A stretch of DNA of 38,682 nucleotides, taken from the NCBI GenBank assembly GCA_018971265.1, contig JAGXBE010000003.1:1-38682 (forward strand), in the 5' to 3' direction. Below, one piece after another: positions 1 to 8,616 of the stretch (the stretch's first letter is position 1; every line of letters begins with the position of its first letter). This DNA is from Patescibacteria group bacterium. GTDB lineage: Bacteria; Patescibacteriota; Minisyncoccia; Phycocordibacterales; Phycocordibacteraceae. A program made the translations under genes and the position numbers. Below the pieces are notes generated by a model, which worked only from the letters and a program-made list of their open reading frames with translations, was not told the origin of the DNA and did no database searches.

Positions 1-1010
1 CTCGTCATCGCCACCATGATGCCCGGTATCTCCGGATGTTTGCCGAGGGCGTTTGATATGGAAGAGCCGCCTTTGACGTCCACGGCAACCTCGCCAAGCA
101 CGCTCGCGTACACGGCATTGTCGACAACAGATGCGGAAATATCGAGTGCTTGGACGACCGAAACACCTGATATGAGCATGGTGGAAAAGTTGTCCGCGAT
201 GCGCGCGAGATATAGCTTTTTATAAAGGTCGCCGACGTACGGTACCGAGAGCTTCAAGTCGTCAAGGATGAGCTTGCCGCGGGCGGTCTTTCCAAGCTGC
301 CATACATAAAAGCCAAGGGCGATGAGTCCGATGAGCAGAAAGATTCCGTAGTTGACAAGAAAGTTTGAGAAACCGATCACTATGCTCGTATAGAGCGGTA
401 TTGCCTGACCGGAATCAAGCAAGATGGCGCTTATTTTCGGGATGACCAGCGTAAGCATGAGCGCCATCACTCCGAAAAAGATCCCGATGACGAAAATCGG
501 GTAGATGAGGGCGTTTTCCGCCTTACTGACTATGTCGTACGAGCGGTCGAGGTAGTCGGCAAGATACGTGAATGTTTCGGAAAGTTTTCCAGACTCCTCG
601 CCTGCGCTGACCATGTTCACATAGAATGCTGCGAAAACCTTCGGATGGCGGGCAAGCGCTTTACTTATGGGGTTCCCGCCTTGAATGTCGTCCCCTACCT
701 CGGAAAGAACCTTTGCAAGCGGCTTATTGTCGACCTCAGCCGCAAGGAGGCGAAATACGCGTAGCGCGGACACCTGCGCTTCAAACAGGGTCGCTATCTG
801 GCGCGAAAGGATGACGATATCTTTATTGGAGATTCTGTTGAAAAACGGAATCTCGATTTCGAGCGGCGAACGTTTTTCCGTTGAATCGATTACCGAGACG
901 ATGAGGTTGCGCCGCTGGAGCGCAGAAACCGCGACTTCCTGTGAAGGCGCTTCGATGGTTCCCTCTCGCTCATGCCCGTCTTGATCAATCGCGTGGTATT
1001 TGAAAAGCAT
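1..1010 (-). CDS. pilC: Type IV pilus inner-membrane platform protein (PilC/GspF family); 3' end runs off the window
   Basis: Not in the ORF track. My translation from ATG 1010 gives MLFKYHAIDQDGHEREGTIEA...SRQIATLFEAQVS...FYVNMVSAGEESGKLSETFTYLADYLDRSY...ALIYPIFV, the T2SS-F signature. It lies directly downstream of pilT. Confidence 0.93.
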   Translation of the reverse strand, partial: MLFKYHAIDQDGHEREGTIEAPSQEVAVSALQRRNLIVSVIDSTEKRSPLEIEIPFFNRISNKDIVILSRQIATLFEAQVSALRVFRLLAAEVDNKPLAKVLSEVGDDIQGGNPISKALARHPKVFAAFYVNMVSAGEESGKLSETFTYLADYLDRSYDIVSKAENALIYPIFVIGIFFGVMALMLTLVIPKISAILLDSGQAIPLYTSIVIGFSNFLVNYGIFLLIGLIALGFYVWQLGKTARGKLILDDLKLSVPYVGDLYKKLYLARIADNFSTMLISGVSVVQALDISASVVDNAVYASVLGEVAVDVKGGSSISNALGKHPEIPGIMVAMT

Positions 1011-1012
1011 GG

Positions 1013-2074
1013 TCAGAGATACCGCTCGAAAGTTTTTGGATCCATCGCGTGCTCGTAGGCGTGCTCGACGGTCACCTCCCCTCGATGCACGAGGTCCGCG
1101 AGCATGCGGTCCATGTCGATCATACCTTCTTGCGAAGAGGTTTGGATGACCGCGCTTATTTCGTGAGTCTGCGCTTCGCGAATAAGGTTTGCCACTGCGT
1201 TGTTGTTGATGAGAAGCTCATACGCCGGGATAAGCCCGCCTGAAACGCGCGGTATAAGCCGCTGGGAGAAAATGCCCGCGAGCGAACCGGCGAGTTGCAC
1301 GCGCACCTGCCCCTGCTGTTCTGCGGGGAACATATCGATAATGCGGTCAATGGTCTGCGCGGCGTTATTCGTGTGCAACGTCGATAAGACGAGATGGCCG
1401 GTCTCAGCCGCGGTTACGGCGGCGGAGATGGTCTCGTAATCGCGCATTTCACCGACCATGATGACATCCACGTCCTCGCGGAAAGCGCTTTGGAGCGCAG
1501 CGTGGAAGTCGGGCGCGTCGATGTAAACCTCACGCTGGTGGATGAGGGATTTATTCGGCGTAAAAAGATACTCCACCGGATCTTCGATAGTGAGGATGTG
1601 CTCCGCACGCGAGTCGTTGATACGGTTTATCATCGCGGCAAGCGTCGTTGACTTCCCCTGCCCTACCGGCCCGACTGTAAGGAAAAATCCCTGGGTACGC
1701 TGCGTGAAAACCTCGAGTACGGAGGGCAGATTCAGTTCGGTAAAGGTGCGGATTGCGTGCGGTATGAGTCGGAAGGCGATGGCAGTCCCCCCTTGCACGC
1801 GGTAACCGTTAACTCGGAAACGCATGTCCTTTCCGTACGCGTAAGAAAGGTCTATCGTCTGATTTTCTCGAAACGAATCCCAGCGATCCGGAGGTACGAT
1901 GCTTTTCAGCATCGCTTCGGTTTCCTCGGCAGTAAGCGCGGGATATTTTGAGAGTGGGATGAGCGCACCCGAGACGCGCAGCATCGGCGAGCCGCCGACG
2001 AAGATGTGTAGGTCGGAACCGCTCTCGGCAATGACAAGATCAAGGAGCTCCTCAAGTCGTTTTTCAGCAGCCAT
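1013..2074 (-). CDS. pilT: PilT/PilU family pilus retraction ATPase
   Basis: SDLHI, Walker A GPVGQGKSTT, TIEDPVE, REDVDVIMVGEMRD, AAETGHLVLSTLHTN. Start taken at MAAEKRL (2074). Confidence 0.93.
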   Translation of the reverse strand: MAAEKRLEELLDLVIAESGSDLHIFVGGSPMLRVSGALIPLSKYPALTAEETEAMLKSIVPPDRWDSFRENQTIDLSYAYGKDMRFRVNGYRVQGGTAIAFRLIPHAIRTFTELNLPSVLEVFTQRTQGFFLTVGPVGQGKSTTLAAMINRINDSRAEHILTIEDPVEYLFTPNKSLIHQREVYIDAPDFHAALQSAFREDVDVIMVGEMRDYETISAAVTAAETGHLVLSTLHTNNAAQTIDRIIDMFPAEQQGQVRVQLAGSLAGIFSQRLIPRVSGGLIPAYELLINNNAVANLIREAQTHEISAVIQTSSQEGMIDMDRMLADLVHRGEVTVEHAYEHAMDPKTFERYL

Positions 2075-2081
2075 ATTTTTG

Positions 2082-2489
2082 TTAGGAATTTCCTCCCATG
2101 CCGGGAGCGTCTTTTTCGATAATACGCACGGTCTCAATAAGAACCTCGGAAGGGATTGCGGATGCCTTTACGATGTAACCGTTGGCGGCGAGCTGCTTCG
2201 CCTTCTCAAAATCGGAATCCTGGCCCTGATTCGAGAGGATGATTACTTTTGATCCTTTCGCGAGGTTTTCTTTTCGTATCGTTTCGAGCGTTTCAAAACC
2301 GCTCATACCCGGCATAATGATGTCGAGAAGGATGGCGTCCGGCACAACAGCGCCTTCCTTGCGGAGTGCGGCAAGAAGGTCCTTGCCGTCGCCGAACACG
2401 GTCACTTCGTGCCCGGCGTTTTTAAACTTGATTGCATAGAGATCAAGTAAGAATCTGTCGTCGTCAACGAGATATACGTGGTAAGCCAT
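2082..2489 (-). CDS. Single-domain response regulator (CheY-like receiver only)
   Basis: YLVDDD acidic pocket, phosphoacceptor Asp in DAILLDIIMPGMSG, ILSN, conserved Lys in GYIVK; no output domain. Confidence 0.9.
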   Translation of the reverse strand: MAYHVYLVDDDRFLLDLYAIKFKNAGHEVTVFGDGKDLLAALRKEGAVVPDAILLDIIMPGMSGFETLETIRKENLAKGSKVIILSNQGQDSDFEKAKQLAANGYIVKASAIPSEVLIETVRIIEKDAPGMGGNS

Positions 2490-2515
2490 CGTCAGTCAGT
2501 ATAGTACATAAATAA

Positions 2516-4288
2516 TCAATCATTATCCCCCTCGGGGAAAAGCTCGCCGCCGAGCGTGTTGATTTCTTCAAAGGAAACCTCGCCGCCGAGGGCCTTCACG
2601 ATGGCATCCTCGCGCATGGTAAGCATGCCGCTCAAACGCGCCGCGCCGTAGATGCGCTCCTCAATCGGCTCCTTCAGCACGACCTGCTCAATCTTCTTAT
2701 CCATGCGCAATATTTCAAAGACGCCCATGCGGCCGTGCGTGCCGTTCGGGCATTCCGCTGTGGGGGCCGCATGATAGAACTCCTTGAAGGGCGGGAGTTT
2801 TTGGCGGTACTCTTCCGGCAAGTCGGCGAATTGCCGATCGAGGAAAAGTTTGATGCTGCCGGTAATCGGAAACGGTTTGCCGCCACCCTCGCAAAGCTTC
2901 TGGACAAGGCGCTGCCCGATAACGGCAATGAGTGTGGGGGCGATAAGAAACGGGTCGACACCCATGTCAATAAGTCGCGGGATCGCACCGGCGGCGGTGT
3001 TCGTGTGGATGGTCGAAAAGACGAGATGGCCCGTGAGGGCCGCTTGCACGGCAAGCGCCGCGGTTTCTTTGTCGCGGATTTCGCCAACCATGATGACATC
3101 GGGGTCTTGGCGCAAAATGGAACGGAGTCCGCTCGCAAAGGTGTACCCTATCTCGGGTCGTACCTGGCTTTGGGAAACGCCAGGAACCTCGTATTCAACG
3201 GGGTCCTCCAGCGATACAACGTTTGCCGTCTCCCTATCAAGTTCGGAAAGCATCGCGAAAAGCGTCGTTGACTTACCGGAACCGGTCGGTCCGGCGATGA
3301 GAATGATGCCGTATGGAACCTTCATCATGGCGCGAACCTTCACGAGCTGCTCTTCAGAAAGACCAACCGATTCCAGCGTTGCGGTAGCGGCTGATTGATC
3401 CAAGATACGCATCACGATCTTCTCACCGAACTCTGTCGGGAATGTGGATACGCGGAAATCGATGCGCCGCGTGTCCACGTTTGCCGAGAAACGTCCGTCC
3501 TGCGGTTTTCTCTTCTCATCAAGACGCAGTTTCGCGAGAATCTTAACGCGGGCAACTACCGCTTCGTGCATCTTCGCCGGAAGCTCGAGAGAGGTGTGTA
3601 GATCGCCGTCTTCGCGGAAACGGACTCGTGTCTTCCCCGGCGATGGTTCGATATGAATGTCGGACGCGCGGCCTTCAATGGCGTACCGCAGTATCGTGGA
3701 AACGATTTTCGTCACCGGGGCATCTTCTTTCAGCGCTTCGTGCGGGCCCGAAAGAGTAAGCGGTTTATCATCGAGCGCGGACTCCGCCACGGACGGGCTG
3801 TGCGGCGCGGATGGTTCCGGCTTGGCGGTTGTTTCGTATTCAGAAAGCGCTTTGCCGATCTCGCCTGAAAGGTTTTGGTATGCGTTTAGCACGCGGTCAA
3901 AGTCCTGTTTCGTAATGAGGAAGATCTTATAAGGAATTCCGGTTTGGCCCGAGATGAACTGCAGCGCATCAAGCGCCTCGATGTTGTCGGGATCGGTAAT
4001 CCCGACCTCAAGCGCACCATCCACCATCGTAAGCGGAACGAAACCGTAATGACGGGCGGAGTCAATGGGGATGTAGCCGAACACGTCTTCAGAAGCTGGA
4101 GGGTCGCCGAGTATGCGGGTGGGGAGTCCGTACTCTTTGCCTGCGACTTCGAGCGCGTCGCGAAGCGAAACGCCATGTTCGGTAAGCGCGTCCTCAAGGG
4201 GTCGGTTCTTGGCGATGTCCGCCTCAATCGCCACGCGGTCGCTTGGAGAAATGACGCCCTTGTCAAGAAGTAGTCCGAGAAGGTTCAT
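2516..4288 (-). CDS. pilB: PilB/GspE family pilus assembly ATPase
   Basis: ASDIHIEP, RKPQDGRF, GPTGSGKSTT, LRQDPDVIMVGEIRD, ALTGHLVFSTIHTN. Confidence 0.93.
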   Translation of the reverse strand: MNLLGLLLDKGVISPSDRVAIEADIAKNRPLEDALTEHGVSLRDALEVAGKEYGLPTRILGDPPASEDVFGYIPIDSARHYGFVPLTMVDGALEVGITDPDNIEALDALQFISGQTGIPYKIFLITKQDFDRVLNAYQNLSGEIGKALSEYETTAKPEPSAPHSPSVAESALDDKPLTLSGPHEALKEDAPVTKIVSTILRYAIEGRASDIHIEPSPGKTRVRFREDGDLHTSLELPAKMHEAVVARVKILAKLRLDEKRKPQDGRFSANVDTRRIDFRVSTFPTEFGEKIVMRILDQSAATATLESVGLSEEQLVKVRAMMKVPYGIILIAGPTGSGKSTTLFAMLSELDRETANVVSLEDPVEYEVPGVSQSQVRPEIGYTFASGLRSILRQDPDVIMVGEIRDKETAALAVQAALTGHLVFSTIHTNTAAGAIPRLIDMGVDPFLIAPTLIAVIGQRLVQKLCEGGGKPFPITGSIKLFLDRQFADLPEEYRQKLPPFKEFYHAAPTAECPNGTHGRMGVFEILRMDKKIEQVVLKEPIEERIYGAARLSGMLTMREDAIVKALGGEVSFEEINTLGGELFPEGDND

Positions 4289-4366
4289 CCCGTTAGAAAT
4301 TAGTACCGTTCATAAAATCAGCCCTTGGGATTATACAATTTATTCGTCTGTGATTTCTAACGGGAT
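4287..4366. repeat. Perfect 14-bp inverted repeat enclosing a 52-bp spacer with a -10 box
   Basis: ATCCCGTTAGAAAT at 4287-4300 and ATTTCTAACGGGAT at 4353-4366; TATAAT on the minus strand at 4335-4330. Confidence 0.9.
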
Positions 4367-4373
4367 TCATTAC

Positions 4374-4676
4374 TCATTTTGCGCTCATACCGGAGATTGG
4401 GGCGAACGGGTCGAGACGTCCGCTCGGTTCCGGAGAAACCTGCGTGGTGAGATCGACGAGCGCATTGAAACGCGCATCTGAAAAAATGCTGGTATCAAAT
4501 GAGATTGGCTGAAGCTCGTTAACCAGGGTCTGAAAATGCATCTGCGACTCGTTGGTCGTTGCGCTCGTGGTAAGCGGGGGTTGGTTTCCTGTTCCGGTAA
4601 AGAAATACCAGTAAGCGCCGCCTGCTATGACGAGAGTAGCGAGAATGGTGAGGATGGTGTTTGAATTAAATTTCAT
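4374..4676 (-). CDS. Small membrane-anchored pilus accessory protein (positional PilP analogue)
   Basis: N-terminal TM helix and a C-terminal GRLDPFAP motif resembling the PilP RDPF motif; follows pilO. Confidence 0.65.
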   Translation of the reverse strand: MKFNSNTILTILATLVIAGGAYWYFFTGTGNQPPLTTSATTNESQMHFQTLVNELQPISFDTSIFSDARFNALVDLTTQVSPEPSGRLDPFAPISGMSAK

Positions 4677-4680
4677 ATCG

Positions 4681-5235
4681 TTAACGCAGCCAATAGAGGC
4701 GTATCGTCATTTGGTAGCTGTAGATGCCGGTGTCAGAGCCCTTCACGACCAAATCCTGAATATCAAGGAGACGCTGACTTTTTTCTACTCCCTGAAGAAA
4801 TGCCTTGAATGATGCATAGGTGCCGGCTGCAGAAACCGAAAGGTCGACCGAATCAACCGGATTTGCGCCCGCAGCAAGCGTAGATTGCGGAACTCCCGAG
4901 GAACCGAGAGCGTCCTTAGAAACGTCTATATTGGAGAGCGCAAACCCCGAACGGGCGGCGAGCGCATTTAGATCAAGAATAATCCCTACGTTATCGACGG
5001 AGTCGGGGAGAAAGTTTGTGAGCCGGGCGAGATCCGTCGGGTTTATCGCATCACGAGCGGCGATGAGTTGGCTCTGCTGGGCGGCATATGCACTTGCGGC
5101 GGAGAGCGCCTGATCGTCGTTCGCAATGGCATCCTTCGTAAGAGCTATTTCACCGGTCCAGACCGGCCGTATATAGGCAAAAAAGATGCCGACAGAGATA
5201 AAAAGTGCGAGGAGCGATAGGGCGCGGCTATTCAT
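4681..5235 (-). CDS. pilO: PilO-like pilus alignment protein
   Basis: TM helix, coiled coil, LPDSVD, GTYASFKAFLQGVEKSQRLLDI; position in the pilMNO order. Confidence 0.8.
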   Translation of the reverse strand: MNSRALSLLALFISVGIFFAYIRPVWTGEIALTKDAIANDDQALSAASAYAAQQSQLIAARDAINPTDLARLTNFLPDSVDNVGIILDLNALAARSGFALSNIDVSKDALGSSGVPQSTLAAGANPVDSVDLSVSAAGTYASFKAFLQGVEKSQRLLDIQDLVVKGSDTGIYSYQMTIRLYWLR

Positions 5236-5858
5236 GGCGAAGAGGTTCCTGTTGTTGTCGAAGCGGCAGAAACGGACGCGGACGGAGAAAATGCGGTGAG
5301 CTTCGGGTCGAGCGTCGCAACAAACGCGAAGGAAACCGAGTTGTCTTTTCTCACGACGATATTCGAAAAAATGGCGTTCTTAATCCGGCCGTCCGCCGCG
5401 AAAACAGTGGAGGTGACCGCCAAGGCATTGAAACTTTTTGCTACTCCGGACCCCTCGACATTCATCTTCCCGGACGTGTCAAACGAGAGATGCAATGAAG
5501 TAAAACTGACGGTGGCGGGGATAATCGCCTCAATCAGATTGAAGAAGCCCGAAAGCGCGATATGGTTCGCGAGCAGGGTCTGCCCTGAACTAAGGCGATT
5601 GTGCAGTCGTACAAAGCCGTCAACAACCGCCGGATCCACGGCTGCTTCCGCTTTTGCCAGCTCTGCATCTTTCGCAGATCGAGTTGCGGCAAGAACTCTG
5701 CCGTAGAGGAAAACACCGATTGCAAGCGCGAAAACAAAAAAAAGAACTGCGTATCCGAAAAAACCGAACGCGCCGGCGTAGTCGCCGCGAAACCGACGTG
5801 CCGAAGCGGATGCCGAGTAAGGAACGAATGAAGTCGGTATCGTTGGAGGAAGAGCCAT
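5232..5858 (-). CDS. pilN: PilN-like pilus alignment protein
   Basis: TM helix, coiled coil and a ferredoxin-like C-terminus (VEGSGVAKSFNALA); lies between pilM and pilO. Start 5858, alternative 5879. Confidence 0.7.
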   Translation of the reverse strand: MALPPTIPTSFVPYSASASARRFRGDYAGAFGFFGYAVLFFVFALAIGVFLYGRVLAATRSAKDAELAKAEAAVDPAVVDGFVRLHNRLSSGQTLLANHIALSGFFNLIEAIIPATVSFTSLHLSFDTSGKMNVEGSGVAKSFNALAVTSTVFAADGRIKNAIFSNIVVRKDNSVSFAFVATLDPKLTAFSPSASVSAASTTTGTSSP

Positions 5859-5930
5859 TTCGTTTTCAGTATACGCCATTCCGGCAGAACATACGCCATC
5901 GGGTGTGCAAAACTTCTTCTTCTCGCAAAT

Positions 5931-7013
5931 CTATACGCCTTCGAGCTTGCGCAACGCGAGACCGACGGCGACCGCAAATTCTGGCCCTATGCTCTCGAGA
6001 ACCGAACGCATGAATGCCGGTGCTTCGGTCTTCGCAAAAGGGTCTGCAACATGCACGTCGATCGAAAAAACTTTCTTCGCGTATTCGTCGAGTTCTTTCG
6101 TGATTCCGCCGCCTCCCGTGAGCACGATGGAAGTAATCGATTTCTTGTGCGCCATTTCGTACTGTATAAGCACGCGCCGAGCTTCCGAAAAAATGCGCGA
6201 AAAAACAAGCTCGGGCGAACCAAAATCACCTTCCCCAAGTCCTTTTTCCTTCTTCAGGATTTCCGCTTGGGCGATGGATACGTTGCCGGAAATCGAGATG
6301 GCGCGCGTGATATCCTGGCTTCCAACGCTTATGGCGTGCGAAAGCGCAACTATTCCGCGCTCGACAACGTAGGTTTTTGTCGAAGCCGCACCGATATCGA
6401 GCACCATGACCGGCTTTACCGGCTCTTCAACCGCCGCGCGAATGGTACTGAAGATCTCGATTTCGTAAAAACTAGCGGTAAGACCTGCCCCGGCGATGAC
6501 GTTTTGGAGAAACTTCAATTCGTCATTGTGGACGGCAACGATAAGCACCTCCACCTTCCCGCGCAAAGCAATATCTTCTGAAGGAGTTTCCGCTGGCACG
6601 ATAAACCAATCAAGCTGCACTTCGGAAACCGGTACCGGTACATACTTCCGCGCTTCAAGCTGAATGACCGTCTTCTGTTCATCCGGATTCTTGCGGTATG
6701 GCAATTCAACGAGGGTAAGCAGCGAACGCGCAAACGGTATCGAGACGCCGCAACTCTTTGTCGTCACCTTCGCTTCGCGCAAAAGATCTTTCAGCGTTTC
6801 GATAATCTGCTCGGCAGAAAGATTCATTGACTGCCCGACCTCGGCGCCCCCGTAGGGCCCGAGTGCAAGTTCGCCGTAGGTTTCAAGCACCACACGACCC
6901 TGTTTCTTGCGCAACTGGACGACCTTCAAAGACGATGACCCTATATCAACGCCAAGAACGCTTTCTTCTTTGTTCTTTGCAAAAAAATTAGCGAGAGATT
7001 TCAAGCTAAACAT
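5931..7013 (-). CDS. pilM: PilM actin-like pilus assembly protein
   Basis: LGVDIGSSSLKVVQL, VLDIGAAST, VLTGGGG, FAVAVGLALR. Start taken at MFSLKS (7013). Confidence 0.92.
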   Translation of the reverse strand: MFSLKSLANFFAKNKEESVLGVDIGSSSLKVVQLRKKQGRVVLETYGELALGPYGGAEVGQSMNLSAEQIIETLKDLLREAKVTTKSCGVSIPFARSLLTLVELPYRKNPDEQKTVIQLEARKYVPVPVSEVQLDWFIVPAETPSEDIALRGKVEVLIVAVHNDELKFLQNVIAGAGLTASFYEIEIFSTIRAAVEEPVKPVMVLDIGAASTKTYVVERGIVALSHAISVGSQDITRAISISGNVSIAQAEILKKEKGLGEGDFGSPELVFSRIFSEARRVLIQYEMAHKKSITSIVLTGGGGITKELDEYAKKVFSIDVHVADPFAKTEAPAFMRSVLESIGPEFAVAVGLALRKLEGV

Positions 7014-7027
7014 GCGAGAATAATACC
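7014..7027. promoter_or_regulatory. Overlapping divergent -10 elements for pilM and comF
   Basis: Only 14 bp separate the two ATGs. Minus strand: TGG-TATTAT-6 nt-ATG. Plus strand: GAGAAT-6 nt-ATG. Confidence 0.55.
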
Positions 7028-7648
7028 ATGGGGCGCTGGCTCGACATCCTCTTTCCTCCGCGCGCGGACGAAGTCGCGTTACGCGGCGTCTCAAACGATG
7101 CTTTCATCGCGCTTATCGCTCCGCGCATGACGCTCAAAACGCATCCGGGCACGGTCACGCTCCTTCCCTTTTCTGTCGTTCCGGTACGCGCCGTGCTCCA
7201 TGAGGCAAAATATCACGGCAGTGAAAAGGCATTTGCCCTTCTTTCTGCCGTGCTCGCCGAATACTTGCGTGATGCCGACGAAGCGGGACGTACGACACCC
7301 TCCGTCTCTCTTGTACCAATGCCGCTCGGTACGCAGCGGCGTAAAGAACGCGGCTACAATCAGGTCGAAGAAATTGCGAATCGTACCCTACGAGAGCTCG
7401 ACGGCATCACGATTGACACGACGCTTCTCGCGCGCACGCGCGAGACCGCTTCGCAGGTCTCACTTCCCAGGAAGAAACGCGAGGAAAATATGCGGGGAGC
7501 ATTTGGGACGACACGCCTTGCAGATTCCGCTTCCACGTACATACTTCTTGACGACGTCCTTACTACCGGAGCGACGCTGCAAGCTGCAATTGATACGCTC
7601 GCGGCCGCCGGCGCTGTCCACATCATCCCGCTCGCCCTTGCTCATTGA
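7028..7648 (+). CDS. comF: ComF family competence protein (phosphoribosyltransferase fold)
   Basis: LHEAKY, LVPMPL, RRKERGYNQ, REENMRGAF, PRPP motif ILLDDVLTTGATL. Confidence 0.9.
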   Translation: MGRWLDILFPPRADEVALRGVSNDAFIALIAPRMTLKTHPGTVTLLPFSVVPVRAVLHEAKYHGSEKAFALLSAVLAEYLRDADEAGRTTPSVSLVPMPLGTQRRKERGYNQVEEIANRTLRELDGITIDTTLLARTRETASQVSLPRKKREENMRGAFGTTRLADSASTYILLDDVLTTGATLQAAIDTLAAAGAVHIIPLALAH

Positions 7649-7774
7649 GAACTCCTTGGTCGTAAGAGGGCCATCATTCATACGTCTTCAGGTGAGGCAT
7701 GTATGCGCTATACTTGACGACAGAAGCGTGGACTTGTACGCCATTATTCTTTTAAATCACAGCATTATTTCCCT

Positions 7775-8263
7775 ATGAAAAACTCATCTACTTGGACCTG
7801 GGTCGCGGTCGCGGCCATTGTTGTGTTCGGCGTATGGCTCCTCATGAGAGGTCCCGCAGCAACCACGCAAGCTCCCGGCACTTACAATGCTGCGGGTTCC
7901 GCTACCCCGGCTCCCGACTCGATGAGTGCCACAAACAGTGGCACCCATACCTCGACTACCGGCGCAAAGCCAGTCGTCACTACCGCGGGATTCGCTTCGG
8001 TCTCAAGCACCACAGCCGTCGTTGTCGGTACGGTTATTCCAAATGGTGCTCGCACGACCTACTGGTTTGAGTATGGTCCTACGATGTCCTACGGATCCTT
8101 TGCCGACACGATGTCGGCAAATGCCGGATATAAAGAAGTGGGCGCTGCTGCATACATCACTGGTCTTAAGCCGAATACAGAGTACTATTTCCGCATCGGC
8201 GCTGAAAATGCTTATGGGCGCACGTATGGCACACAGTATAAATTCATCACTGCGAGCAAGTAG
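7775..8263 (+). CDS. Membrane-anchored protein with a Thr/Ser-rich linker and a fibronectin type III domain
   Basis: N-terminal TM, low-complexity linker, YWFEYG...ITGLKPNTEYYFRIGAEN (Fn3 pattern). Confidence 0.8.
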   Translation: MKNSSTWTWVAVAAIVVFGVWLLMRGPAATTQAPGTYNAAGSATPAPDSMSATNSGTHTSTTGAKPVVTTAGFASVSSTTAVVVGTVIPNGARTTYWFEYGPTMSYGSFADTMSANAGYKEVGAAAYITGLKPNTEYYFRIGAENAYGRTYGTQYKFITASK

Positions 8264-8281
8264 ATGGATTGCTTGCCCGAG

Positions 8282-8312
8282 ACCGCTGCCTCCCGAGGGA
8301 GGCAGCGGTTTT
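8282..8312 (+). terminator. Intrinsic terminator
   Basis: ACCGCTGCCTCCC-GA-GGGAGGCAGCGGT followed by TTT. Confidence 0.8.
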
Positions 8313-8368
8313 CGTGTATAGAGAGCCGTCTAGTCCTTGGCGGATAAATTTGATATTCTGTTTCAAAC

Positions 8369-8455
8369 GGAGACGTGGCTGAGTGGTCGAAAGCACCTCG
8401 CTGCTAATGAGGCAGGGGAGAAATCCTCTCGTGGGTTCAAATCCCACCGTCTCCG
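8369..8455 (+). tRNA. tRNA-Ser (anticodon GCT); CCA not encoded
   Basis: Acceptor stem GGAGACG/CGTCTCC, anticodon arm CCTCG-CTGCTAA-TGAGG, long variable arm, GGTTCAAATCC T-loop, discriminator G. Confidence 0.96.
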
Positions 8456-8464
8456 CATATAGAA

Positions 8465-8601
8465 ACTTCAGGATTTTTCAGAGCCGCGCCGCTTCGCGGC
8501 GCAGCAATGTTTTGCCAGCAGGCAAAACCGCGAGCCAGGGTCGTAAAAATTCTTGAGCGACGGCGAGAGAATTATTCCTGATCAAGTCCGCCGTCTCCAC
8601 A
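8465..8601. repeat. Structured mini-element ending in a degenerate copy of the tRNA-Ser 3' end
   Basis: Three hairpins (8486-8502, 8509-8528, 8548-8573). TCAAGT-CCGCCGTCTCCACA at 8582-8601 matches the tRNA end TCAAATCCCACCGTCTCCGCA. Confidence 0.6.
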
Positions 8602-8616
8602 CTTAGGTGCTCGTGT

